A stretch of DNA of 64,000 bases, taken from positions 1-64,000 of IMG/VR virus record IMGVR_UViG_3300034374_005671, one strand, 5' to 3'. Under the pieces are notes generated by a model. It had not been told where the DNA came from and did not search any database. It saw only the letters and a list, made by a program, of their open reading frames with translations. Every line of letters starts with the position of its first letter. Positions within the stretch are counted from its first letter, which is position 1. This DNA comes from a virus. A program made the translations under genes and the position numbers. Positions 9,622 to 19,200 of this stretch are shown piece after piece.

Positions 9622-9991
9622 GTTTGAAGCTGATGATACCACGTATGTGATGTTCTATGCTGACGACTATAAAAGGCTTCTTGAGATAGGTAGAGAAAAT
9701 GTTTTATTGAACGAAATAAAAGACTCTCTCACAATAAGCTACAATGCACTTGTAGGGAACATTGATATGTTTGTGATGGAGTACGAAACACTTTTGGAAA
9801 ACCTAGACTCTCTAAAATTAATTGCTACGGACTTACAAAAGAGTTTCAAAAAGTATACGGATGTTACTGAAGACAAACTAGAGAAGGCGGTGAGAAAATG
9901 GTATCGGTGGAGGTCAGTCGGGATGACATCTTTAGGTTTTAACTTCCTACAGGTTGGAGCCTTAGTAACGACTATTAAACTATTGAAATGA
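9524..9991 (+). CDS. Putative spanin-like protein (signal peptide, coiled coil, C-terminal hydrophobic segment)
   Basis: MKPILLLLLFAILPWTAYS signal-like N-terminus; hydrophobic C-terminus. Confidence 0.4.
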   Translation: MKPILLLLLFAILPWTAYSQESPNIVETMEVFRFEADDTTYVMFYADDYKRLLEIGRENVLLNEIKDSLTISYNALVGNIDMFVMEYETLLENLDSLKLIATDLQKSFKKYTDVTEDKLEKAVRKWYRWRSVGMTSLGFNFLQVGALVTTIKLLK

Positions 9992-10563
9992 GCAGTGGAT
10001 TAGACCCAGTATTAAATTTTGAAGTATTTCCTACCTATGATGCTAGGACACTAATTATTGCAGATATATCTGTATGGAAACATCTAGTAGATGAGCCTAC
10101 GTATATAGATGTAACTATTCCTGGTTCTAAGAAAGCGGTAACACATCCTTACGGTAAAAATAAAGTGATGACATACAACGCATCCTCTTTGAACTATGGT
10201 TGTTCCAGTGGATGTGATGATGATTTACCTGACCTTCCAGATGGTATCTACAAGATAAAAATCTATGTATGCGAGGGTACTCAATTTTCTTACGAAAGAA
10301 ATTACCTAAGAACTGTTAAGCTAGAATTAAGAATACAGAAACAAGTTATGGGTCTTAACCTAGAGTGCGTTCCTGATTCTAGCTGTTTAAATAAAATAAT
10401 GCAAGCAGAGTTTATGGTTAGAGGAGCCAAGGCTGACTTGCTTTTTGGAAATATCAAAGCTGCTAAAAGAAAGTATGATTTAGCAGTAGATATTGTTGAA
10501 GATTTAGAAAACTGCGATTGCGGAGAAGACTGCGGAAATGGACACACTACAACGTCATATTAA
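9988..10563 (+). CDS. crAss-like tail hub/fibre attachment protein
   Basis: LPDGIY.I.I motif recalled from crAss-like structural proteins; Cys-rich. Confidence 0.45.
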   Translation: MSSGLDPVLNFEVFPTYDARTLIIADISVWKHLVDEPTYIDVTIPGSKKAVTHPYGKNKVMTYNASSLNYGCSSGCDDDLPDLPDGIYKIKIYVCEGTQFSYERNYLRTVKLELRIQKQVMGLNLECVPDSSCLNKIMQAEFMVRGAKADLLFGNIKAAKRKYDLAVDIVEDLENCDCGEDCGNGHTTTSY

Positions 10564-10789
10564 TACCCAAGACTCTATCTACGAAAAGATACAGAGGCAC
10601 TATCAGAACAAGTCTGATGGTTTGCTTCATAAATATATCTTTGATATGGAGTATAGTTTCAACATACCTGATTACTTCGTAGTAAAGGCTATGGAAAGTA
10701 TTATCTGTCAAGACCTTGACTGTGACTACAAAGTGACCGATTGCATGTTGGAAGAAATGAATATATACCTAGAAAAAAATAAAAAATGA
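10538..10789 (+). CDS. Hypothetical structural protein
   Basis: 83-aa ORF overlapping both neighbours. Confidence 0.5.
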   Translation: MDTLQRHINTQDSIYEKIQRHYQNKSDGLLHKYIFDMEYSFNIPDYFVVKAMESIICQDLDCDYKVTDCMLEEMNIYLEKNKK

Positions 10790-11271
10790 GTTGTAATAGT
10801 TATAAATATAGCGATACTTGTGGGCAATCTATCTATGCTACTTGTGTGAATGTAGAACATGACTTCATCGCACCTTCTAGTTTAGCAGGAGAGACTTGTA
10901 CTGACTTAGATGCAGCCATAACAGACATATATGCTCTTATCAATAAGACTTATGTAGACATGGCAGGAGACATTTCAGGTGCTACTGGGGGACCATACGT
11001 CAAAGGATGCCTTGACTACTCTCCTACAGCAGATGCTGACATCACTCCCATCCAAGTTTTGAACAAACTAACTTCAGAAGTTTGCACGATAAAAACAACA
11101 TTAGATGAGTTACCTGATTTTGATGACTTACAATACATTCCTACTCTTAATTTTGATAATATAAACATTCCTATTGGTTGTTTTAGTGGGACTTGTGACC
11201 CAGACCCTGCAACCTTAGAAGAATTGTTAAATGCTATTATCTCAAAACTTTGCACTTGTTGCTCATCATAA
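10786..11271 (+). CDS. Cys-rich structural (fibre-base) protein
   Basis: 161 aa, many Cys, repeated L..(I/L)I..(L/V)C helices. Confidence 0.55.
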   Translation: MSCNSYKYSDTCGQSIYATCVNVEHDFIAPSSLAGETCTDLDAAITDIYALINKTYVDMAGDISGATGGPYVKGCLDYSPTADADITPIQVLNKLTSEVCTIKTTLDELPDFDDLQYIPTLNFDNINIPIGCFSGTCDPDPATLEELLNAIISKLCTCCSS

Positions 11272-11283
11272 AATAATAATAAA

Positions 11284-12015
11284 ATGGCTTGTAAAACTTG
11301 TAATGAAGTAACTGTACAAAATTGCGATACTTGTTATTGTGATAATAGTGTATGTACGCCTTGTAAAATAAAATTACCCGATAGATGTATTACCGTTACA
11401 TCTGCTTTACCTAATATTGGTGACAATCTAAATTGCCAGGACCTTAACACAGTTCTTTTAGCTTTGAATAGTAAGGCAGGTCACATTGCCTCTAATCAGT
11501 TTTTTGCAACTGATGGCACTAACGACTTCCCTATCACTTCTGATGATGAGTACAGATGGGCTGGTGAGGTAGCTACAGGGGTAAACTTGTGGGACCAAAA
11601 TATTTACACAGAGGGACTTGACTCTGCACCAACAGCGTTCAGTAATGCTTCAGACCAAAGAATGGCAGGTATTCCTGTTCCTTTTGATATTGCAGCAGGA
11701 GCCAAGTTAGTCCTTACAGGTACGTTTACAAATACAAACAATGTTCAAATTAACGGTAAAGTTGCTGTAGGATTTACAGCTTGTGCATCACCTGCCACAG
11801 CAATAACTCAGTTAGTAGAAGCATCTGAGACTCCTAACTATGATATAGAAACTGCTCAGATAGGAAGCATGTACACAACCTGTTTTAGAAAAGAATTTAC
11901 GGTTCCTACAGGAGGTATAGCTAAGGGTACCAATTTACTTGTGGTAGGATGGCAAGTAAGTCAAACATTGACTCCTACCGATAATCTAATAGTTAGTTGG
12001 ACACTATCTAATTAA
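11284..12015 (+). CDS. Cys-rich N-terminal fibre protein
   Basis: CxxC clusters at the N-terminus, beta-rich C-terminal domain. Confidence 0.55.
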   Translation: MACKTCNEVTVQNCDTCYCDNSVCTPCKIKLPDRCITVTSALPNIGDNLNCQDLNTVLLALNSKAGHIASNQFFATDGTNDFPITSDDEYRWAGEVATGVNLWDQNIYTEGLDSAPTAFSNASDQRMAGIPVPFDIAAGAKLVLTGTFTNTNNVQINGKVAVGFTACASPATAITQLVEASETPNYDIETAQIGSMYTTCFRKEFTVPTGGIAKGTNLLVVGWQVSQTLTPTDNLIVSWTLSN

Positions 12016-12030
12016 GATAAATAAAAACCA

Positions 12031-12180
12031 ATGGAAAAATTTATTATAGATAACAATCTGATGAATGATATAAAATTAGTAATACTAAATAGTAAGCAAG
12101 ACACTTTCCCTATTCAAAAAGTAATTACAATTTTAAATCAACTACAGAATCTACCTAAACTAGAAAAAGAAGAAAAATGA
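12031..12180 (+). CDS. Small hypothetical protein (49 aa), not in the ORF track
   Basis: [49 protein letters not shown]; A-rich leader; ATGA overlap with 12177. Confidence 0.55.
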   Translation: MEKFIIDNNLMNDIKLVILNSKQDTFPIQKVITILNQLQNLPKLEKEEK

Positions 12181-13313
12181 GTTGTAGCAGTAGTAGCAGT
12201 TGTACTTGCACTTGTAGCAGTTGTAGTTCAAGTTGCAGTAGTTGTACTTGCAGTAGTTCAAGCTGTAAGACAGGATGTAATTGTGGTAGTCTAGGATGCA
12301 GTCATTTACTTGATGATAAATGCATTAGACTCACAAACGCATTGAATGTTTGTGGAGTAAAGACTATCCCTGCAGGGACATACTATGATAGTGCTATAAA
12401 AACAATTGTAGATACTATTTGTGCAAATGTAACCACAGGTGCAACAGGGCCCGCTGGTCCTACAGGACCTACTGGACCTACAGGAGCGACTGGTGCCACA
12501 GGTGCTACAGGCCCTGCTGGGCCAACAGGTCCAACAGGGGCTACAGGGGTAGGAGTGGCTTCTACCTCCTATGCAGCTGGTACTGGTATTTTAACATTTA
12601 ACTACAGCAATGGTACATCTTTTTCTACAGGAGATTTAAGAGGTGCTACGGGTGCTGCTGGCCCTACAGGTCCAACGGGTCCTACAGGTCCAACGGGAGC
12701 CACGGGAGCCACAGGGGCTACAGGTGCCACAGGTGCAACTGGTGCTGCAGGTACGAATGGTACGGATGGTGCTGATAATATGGCTATCCTGTACACAAAT
12801 TTCACACCCCAAGCCTCAACTTCTACTTCTTTTACAACGGCTTCTGGTTTTGAATACCCGCTACCAGCGAACACTTTAGATGCTGATGGAGAGTACTTAC
12901 ACATAAGAGTCTTATTTACAGGACCTTCAGGAGGAGTTTTCACTCTTGATGGCAATGCAGTAAAGTTACGTTTTGGGGGTAGAGATTTAGTTAGAAGACT
13001 ACCCTCTCTCCAAACATTTTTAGCAAAAAGCACAAAATCAGAAGCTTTGTTTAGATTAGATATAAAATTACGTAGAAGTAGCTCCAGTACATTAGCCGTA
13101 GAGGTAAATAAAGAAACAGCTACTTCACTAAGAGCTGCCTACGATTATTTACCAAATTATGCCATCCCCTGTACTGATGCAGCTGGTACACCAGAAGCAA
13201 TGTCTTCAATTGATTTCACTATACTTAATGATATAGAAATCCAATTAGCAGATGTTGCTTCAGCAGGTAACATAGTAGCACAAACTATGACAATAGTCCA
13301 TTATAAATCATAA
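12177..13313 (+). CDS. Collagen-like tail fibre protein with Cys/Ser-rich N-terminus
   Basis: Two Gly-X-Thr triple-helix tracts; metallothionein-like N-terminus. Confidence 0.8.
   Translation: MSCSSSSSCTCTCSSCSSSCSSCTCSSSSCKTGCNCGSLGCSHLLDDKCIRLTNALNVCGVKTIPAGTYYDSAIKTIVDTICANVTTGATGPAGPTGPTGPTGATGATGATGPAGPTGPTGATGVGVASTSYAAGTGILTFNYSNGTSFSTGDLRGATGAAGPTGPTGPTGPTGATGATGATGATGATGAAGTNGTDGADNMAILYTNFTPQASTSTSFTTASGFEYPLPANTLDADGEYLHIRVLFTGPSGGVFTLDGNAVKLRFGGRDLVRRLPSLQTFLAKSTKSEALFRLDIKLRRSSSSTLAVEVNKETATSLRAAYDYLPNYAIPCTDAAGTPEAMSSIDFTILNDIEIQLADVASAGNIVAQTMTIVHYKS
12438..12776 (+). repeat. Collagen (G-X-Y)n repeats, two blocks (~12438-12548 and ~12642-12776)
   Basis: GAT/GPT/GPA triplets. 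Confidence 0.9.
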
Positions 13314-13316
13314 GAA

Positions 13317-14063
13317 ATGCCTTTAATAAAAAAACAAGAAAGTTTTGAAATAGTAAGTGGAGGTAACACCTTTAACCTAGATGTAGAGTCTAGAACTACT
13401 TCTTACAGGATATATTCTTCAGCACCTGTGACTCCAGTAGGTAACCACTCTTTTACAGTATCAGGTACACCAGTAGAAGGTATGACCTTTACATTTAGAT
13501 ACTTAGCTGATGCAACACTAAATTCTCCTGTTGTTATCAGTATCTTCGGTTCTACAATGCCTAGCGTACTTGGAAACAAAAATCATACTATTACAGCATA
13601 CTATGATGGAGCCTCTTGGGACGTACAGTTTGTACCCGACTTAGACCAAACTGGTACATTACCTTACGATGTCTTACCTCAAGATGAAAGTTTCACCGCA
13701 GTCAATGCTTTCGGAGGAGCTTCACCAGCATTCGCAAACGCTGATTATACTTCATCAGGGACTACAGCACTTGGCTTTAGATTAAGGGGGGACAAGAGAG
13801 TAGAGTTTAGAGGGGTTGTAGACAGTGCTGCAGGGGTTAATAGTCAGTTATTTACTCTTCCTGCTGGGTATCGCTCTGGCAGAGACAAAACATACCCATT
13901 CACAGTTAGAAATGTAACTGATAGTGCTTGGGAAACAATGACTCTAACAATAAATGGTACAACCTCTGGTACTCCAGGACAGGTAGAAGTTTCTGGATTA
14001 ACGGGTGCTAAAAACTATAAAATATACTTTGATAGCTTTGTAGCTTATCGAATTGATGAATAA
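13317..14063 (+). CDS. Tail fibre/receptor-binding-associated protein
   Basis: C-terminal VEFRG...LFTLPAGYR motif common in phage fibre domains. Confidence 0.55.
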   Translation: MPLIKKQESFEIVSGGNTFNLDVESRTTSYRIYSSAPVTPVGNHSFTVSGTPVEGMTFTFRYLADATLNSPVVISIFGSTMPSVLGNKNHTITAYYDGASWDVQFVPDLDQTGTLPYDVLPQDESFTAVNAFGGASPAFANADYTSSGTTALGFRLRGDKRVEFRGVVDSAAGVNSQLFTLPAGYRSGRDKTYPFTVRNVTDSAWETMTLTINGTTSGTPGQVEVSGLTGAKNYKIYFDSFVAYRIDE

Positions 14064-14096
14064 TGAGGGGTTTTGGTTGGTTTTCCCCCATAACAG

Positions 14097-14125
14097 GAGG
14101 GCTCTTGGAGCCCTCTTTGTTTTTG
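14097..14125 (+). terminator. Rho-independent terminator
   Basis: GAGGGCTC-ttg-GAGCCCTC followed by TTTGTTTTTG. Confidence 0.8.
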
Positions 14126-14132
14126 TAAGAAA

Positions 14133-14164
14133 TTTGGTTATATCATATATATTTATTAAATTAG
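14133..14164 (+). promoter_or_regulatory. Bacteroidota primary-sigma-type promoter (-33 TTTG / -7 TAnnTTTG-like)
   Basis: TTTG-N20-TAAATTAG immediately upstream of ATG 14169. Confidence 0.55.
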
Positions 14165-14168
14165 AAGA

Positions 14169-14870
14169 ATGACTATATATCAGTTCATATCAGACGTAAG
14201 TAACTCTATCCAGGCCATAAATAAGGATGACCGTGTTAGCGATAGGTATATTTACTCTCTAGCTAAAGATTATACTAGCTATATTTTATCCCAAAGACCT
14301 TTAAGAGACGTATTCAGAGATAGTTCTATCTTCACTGAGGTGACTTGTGTAGAGATGGAACGAATAAGAGCTGACAAGTGTGAGATAGCAGAGTTTAGAA
14401 AGTGTGATAAGATAATGAGAACTACTTGCAAGCTTCCTGATATATTCAATTCTTCCATAGGTCCTATCATTATATCAGTTTCCAACATCACAGGTGAAAC
14501 TGAATACCAAAGACTAAGAACCCTTGCTGATTTTAAAACTCAGCAAAAAAGAAAATTCCAAAATGCTGCTAGTTACTTCTACTTAGCAAATGGCTATTTG
14601 TACGTGGTAGGCAGCACTCCTGAAATTGTAACCGTTAACGCCTTGTTCACAGATAAATTAGAAGCAGAGTCTTTTACTGAATGTGGGCAGAAGGTAGATG
14701 CTTGTGCTACCCCGTATGAATTTGATATTGTTATACCAAACAAATATATCTCTACAGTGAAGGACCAAGTAATCCAACATATAACTACAACATATAAATC
14801 AATACCTGCTGATGAAAATTCTGACTTAGATTCTAATCAGAAGATGGGTCCTGGTATGAGGTCGAAGTAG
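14169..14870 (+). CDS. crAss-like tail ring protein
   Basis: 233 aa; N-terminal DDRVSDRYIY, YFYLANGYLY; lies before the IHF-like, tubular and muzzle genes. Confidence 0.55.
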   Translation: MTIYQFISDVSNSIQAINKDDRVSDRYIYSLAKDYTSYILSQRPLRDVFRDSSIFTEVTCVEMERIRADKCEIAEFRKCDKIMRTTCKLPDIFNSSIGPIIISVSNITGETEYQRLRTLADFKTQQKRKFQNAASYFYLANGYLYVVGSTPEIVTVNALFTDKLEAESFTECGQKVDACATPYEFDIVIPNKYISTVKDQVIQHITTTYKSIPADENSDLDSNQKMGPGMRSK

Positions 14871-14871
14871 T

Positions 14872-15375
14872 ATGAGTAAATTTAAAAGAGGAGATAGGAA
14901 AGCATCATCCTGGGGTAAACCAGTAAATGTCCTAGGAGACAAACATTTTGCAAGGAATGTGATGAGAGATAATCCTGACTTGAAAGGTAGGTACACTACC
15001 CAAGAATGGAGAAAGATAAGAGATGACTTCTTTGAGTTAGTAGGAGACATCATGGTGGAGCAACCAAATGGAGTAGTTTTAGATGGTTTAGGGTACTTTT
15101 GTTTCCCTGCATACAATAAGAGGGTAAAAATACCTTTAACGAATCAAACCACATTCCAAACAGGAGGACTAGTATACTACACTCAGTTCTTTGGAAAACT
15201 ATTTAATAGATTATTTCCTGGTGGCCTATCATTTGAACTAACTAGAAAACAAAAGAAAAAGTGGAGAGACCGCTGTTCTGATGGAGCACAGTACCTTTGC
15301 CACTATGACAACGTAAAAAATATAATCGGTAATGGAACAAAATGCCTACACCCCACTAGAACAGTTCATCGCTGA
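14872..15375 (+). CDS. IHF/HU-like protein (crAss-like)
   Basis: FFELVGDIMVE...GVVLDGLGYF resembles the HU/IHF fold; basic; syntenic position. Confidence 0.55.
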   Translation: MSKFKRGDRKASSWGKPVNVLGDKHFARNVMRDNPDLKGRYTTQEWRKIRDDFFELVGDIMVEQPNGVVLDGLGYFCFPAYNKRVKIPLTNQTTFQTGGLVYYTQFFGKLFNRLFPGGLSFELTRKQKKKWRDRCSDGAQYLCHYDNVKNIIGNGTKCLHPTRTVHR

Positions 15376-16285
15376 TATTACTGCTGGTAATTACTTCAAA
15401 GATAATCCACATCTTGTGGATGAAGCATCTATTGCTAGGTGGGTGTATATGAAGTTAAAGAACTTTGGCAGAAACATTATGGATAAGTACGAAAGAACTA
15501 TCCATATTTCTGATTATAGGGGAGAAGTACCTGAAAACTTTTCTTCTTTAGTTCTTGCAGTATTTTGTGAGCCTGACTTTGCATCTATACCTAAAGACTC
15601 CGACCTTTCTAGAGTACAGTCTCGAATCTATGGAGAGCAACTAAAATGTTTTGAAGATAGACTTTGCGAAGAATGTACCCCACAATGTAAGGAAGGAGAC
15701 TGCGTAGAAAGAATAGTTGAAAATCTTTATTTAGAAAATACAAAGATGTCTTTCTACTACAAGAATCCCGTTTATGTAAGATTAGGTAAAGACCTTATAA
15801 GAAGTCAGTGTGAGACTAACTGCATAAATAGAAGTGTAAAAGACAGTCCTTACTCTATAAACATAAAGGGTAAGACAGTGTACGCTAATTTCAAGAAAGG
15901 GACTATCTACCTACAGTACTACGGCATCCCGATGGATGACGACTGTCTACCAGTGATTCCTGTTACTAAGAATGGTTACCTAGAAGAATACTTAGAGTAC
16001 CACGTAAAAAGAAAAATACTTGAAGATGCTATGCTATCTGATGACAGCCCTAACAAACAGGGAATATACAAAGCATTCTTTGAGTTTGAAAGAGACTTAG
16101 AACCAAAAGCAAAAGCCGACACATCTAATATTGATATGGTTGCTCTATTTAGAGCAATGGGGACTAATAGATTCCGAATGCACAAGTATGATGTTAACTT
16201 AGGTTCAATCAAATCGAACTATGATGCTTCAGGACCTGCTGCTGGTTACGGTTCATTCCAAAATCCAAATCCATTTAGATTCTAA
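15332..16285 (+). CDS. Tail tubular protein (P22 gp4-like, crAss Ttub)
   Basis: YSINIKG...NFKKGTIYLQYYGIPMDDDCLPVIP motif; directly upstream of the muzzle gene. Confidence 0.65.
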   Translation: MEQNAYTPLEQFIADITAGNYFKDNPHLVDEASIARWVYMKLKNFGRNIMDKYERTIHISDYRGEVPENFSSLVLAVFCEPDFASIPKDSDLSRVQSRIYGEQLKCFEDRLCEECTPQCKEGDCVERIVENLYLENTKMSFYYKNPVYVRLGKDLIRSQCETNCINRSVKDSPYSINIKGKTVYANFKKGTIYLQYYGIPMDDDCLPVIPVTKNGYLEEYLEYHVKRKILEDAMLSDDSPNKQGIYKAFFEFERDLEPKAKADTSNIDMVALFRAMGTNRFRMHKYDVNLGSIKSNYDASGPAAGYGSFQNPNPFRF

Positions 16286-19200
16286 TGAAGCCACAAAGAG
16301 AAGTCGGAGTAGCTAAACAAGGCATGAATAAGGACATTCACGTAACGTCCTTAAATGAAAATTCATATATTCATGCCCTCAACGCTAATTTTCAAGGTCA
16401 AGACGGAGACTCTGTTAACTTACAGAACGAAGAAAGTAATATTCTTTGCTCTAAGTTTGTTGAGGGGTTTCACGTTATTGGGGTACAGCATGACAACACA
16501 GGGGAAAGGACATACTTCTTTTTAACTAATCCAACTACTAGAGAGTCTGAAATAGGTTATATAGCTGACCTCGAGAATCAAATATCTTTCACAGACACAA
16601 TACAAGAATGCGACTGCGACATTAAATCTTTACTTTCTAGTGGGTTAGAAAGCGTAGCCCAAGTTGCTACCTGTACTTATGTGACATTAATAGCTGACCA
16701 TGGGACCAAGCCCTGTCAAGGAAGTTCCGAAGGGGCAGGGTGCCTAGGTTTCAATGTTAACTATCCTATATCCTCAATAATCAAACAAGAAAAATGTGGG
16801 GATGTATTATATTTCACAGATGACCTCAACCCTAGAAGACGAGTAGAAGTTGCAAAGCCTGAGCAGTATAATAAGAAAACTGTATTTTGTGATGACGACA
16901 CAGACCCCGCCTGTGATTGCGGTAGAAAGGAAGTAACTGTTTGTTTTAACTGCGATAAACTAAATATTTTACCAAGTAGTGAGAAACTTTGCATAGATAT
17001 TCTTGGTAGTGTTGTAGGAGGTAAAACAAGGCACGGTCAGTATCTTTTCTTTGCAGGGTACTGTGACTCCCAAGGTAACCTCGTAAATAACTATGTTGCT
17101 GCTTCGGGTGCCTGTTCTATAAACGATGAAAACAGAGAAGTTTATCAACAATTTGAATTAGACACTCTAACTAATTTATCTATAAAACTAAAGATAAATA
17201 ATTTAGACCCATCTTTTGACTACTATAAAGTAGCAGTATTACAGCGAAACGCTGTGGATGGAGCAGAGAATGCTTTTGTAGTAGATATCCTCCCAACGTC
17301 TACTAGTGAATTACTTTACTCAGGAAGTCAAGAGTTACAACCTATAGATGCTAGAGAACTAGTAAGAGAGTTACCTGACTACCTAACAGCTAAAACAGTA
17401 ACGCAAGCAAACAATCAATTATTCTTTTCTGACCTTGAGGCTCGCCCTGACCCTAACTTGCAACCTGTTGTCAACTTTATGGGGCAGTTTGCAAAATGGA
17501 GAACAGCTATTTCAGAAGAAGGCTTATACAAAACTACTAGAGGCACAGGTTCTTTTAAGGGGTACATGAGGGATGAAGTAGTGCCTTTCGGTATTAGATT
17601 CGTTACTAACCAAGGATACAAAACTCCAGTATACCCACTAATACCTAGAGTAGCTACAGACCTTGGTGATAAGTATTTTGATAGTCACCATGCAACACAT
17701 GGAGCGACTCTTATACAAGCAATTGCAAACGCTTCATCTAAGAAAGCTTTAGAGCTTGATTTACCTGCATATGGAACTAATTTGGCAACTAGTCCTTGGA
17801 TAAACGATGTTTATTCTGTTTTAAAGAACGGTAATAATGGATGTGCAAACGAAGAAAGAATTTATAAGTGGCAGTTCTACAATACAGCCACTAACTTAGG
17901 CCCGATTCCCAACGCTAACTGCTCAACTGCAGACTTCACTACAGTCTACAAACTTGTAGAAAGAATTTGTGTTACTGATAGAATAGGAGATAATTCTATT
18001 AGAATAAATCAAGCTAACGCACCTATAGTAATAGATGTAGATGAAGACGAGTATGATTATACTACTTTCTTTAACTTTGTAAATGACAGGCAGGAAGATA
18101 TTGAAAGAGCCTATCTGCTTGGCACACCTGCAGAAAAAGCTATATTAGCTTTCTTACTAAAAGATAGCTATAAAGAAGGTGGGCTAAAAGAGGGAGAAGT
18201 GGTTTGTTGTGACCCAGATACCCCAGAGAGCTTGTTTGATGAAGGATGTGATTTAGATGATTTAAGTCCTTCTGATGAAATCGTAGACTTTTTGTCTTTT
18301 GACGAAATTAATGGAGCTACACCTGAACTAAATGAGGTTCCTGTAAAATGCCAAGACATATCAAGACCCCCTACACCTGATGTAGATTCTTTTGTAGAGA
18401 CTGATAGTGAGGGTGACCCTAAAAACGACAATGAAGATAATGCGATTAAGTACGGCCCTGACCCCGATAACCCTGAAAATGAAACTGATGAGTACGAATT
18501 TTGGGTAGCAGATAGAAAAGACACCAATAAACACGATTTTGTTTTTAAAAGAACTAAATCTTTGTTTGGTAAAGACAGCTGTGATGATGCTCAGTTTCTA
18601 GCTACAAATTACGAAGGAGAAGGAACATATCCATATACTTTCCACATATCTCCACTATTTCCTGAATTGGATATAAACACCGATAACTTTTCTACAAGTC
18701 CAGACACACCTATTCCTTTAGATACAAATTCTCCTTATCATCAAATCATACAACTAGTAGATAACACGTTGCCTGCAGGATTTGGGGGAGCACTTGACTT
18801 CATATCTAGAACAGCAGAAGAGCTTCCGTTTAGAAGTCTTGCAGCACCAGGAGTAATAGGTACAAATCCCACTCAAGTTCCTCATAATTGGTTTAGAAAA
18901 TTTCCAAATCAACCATTCAATGCAGGTAATATAACTTTTCCTATAGATGTATTAACAGGAGAACCTCTTGGCGATAGAATAAAAAAAGATAATTGTTATC
19001 AAAAAGGCGACATTTTTGAAGGTGGGTTTTTCACTAAGAATCAGTCTATTTCTTGGTCGGGAGGGTCTAGTGGAAGTTTTATAGGGGGAGCGTTAACAAG
19101 CTTTACCCCATTCCCAGCTTTACCTAATCAGGGATTTCTAGGTAGGAATGCGATATTCTTCAAAATAAAAGTAGATAAAACAAAACCCACTTTGGTTATA

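Noticed and set aside
12180-12776. CRISPR array or DGR template/variable repeat
   Set aside because: The repeats are in-frame coding micro-repeats (Cys/Ser and collagen) with no repeat-spacer structure. No reverse transcriptase is present in the window.
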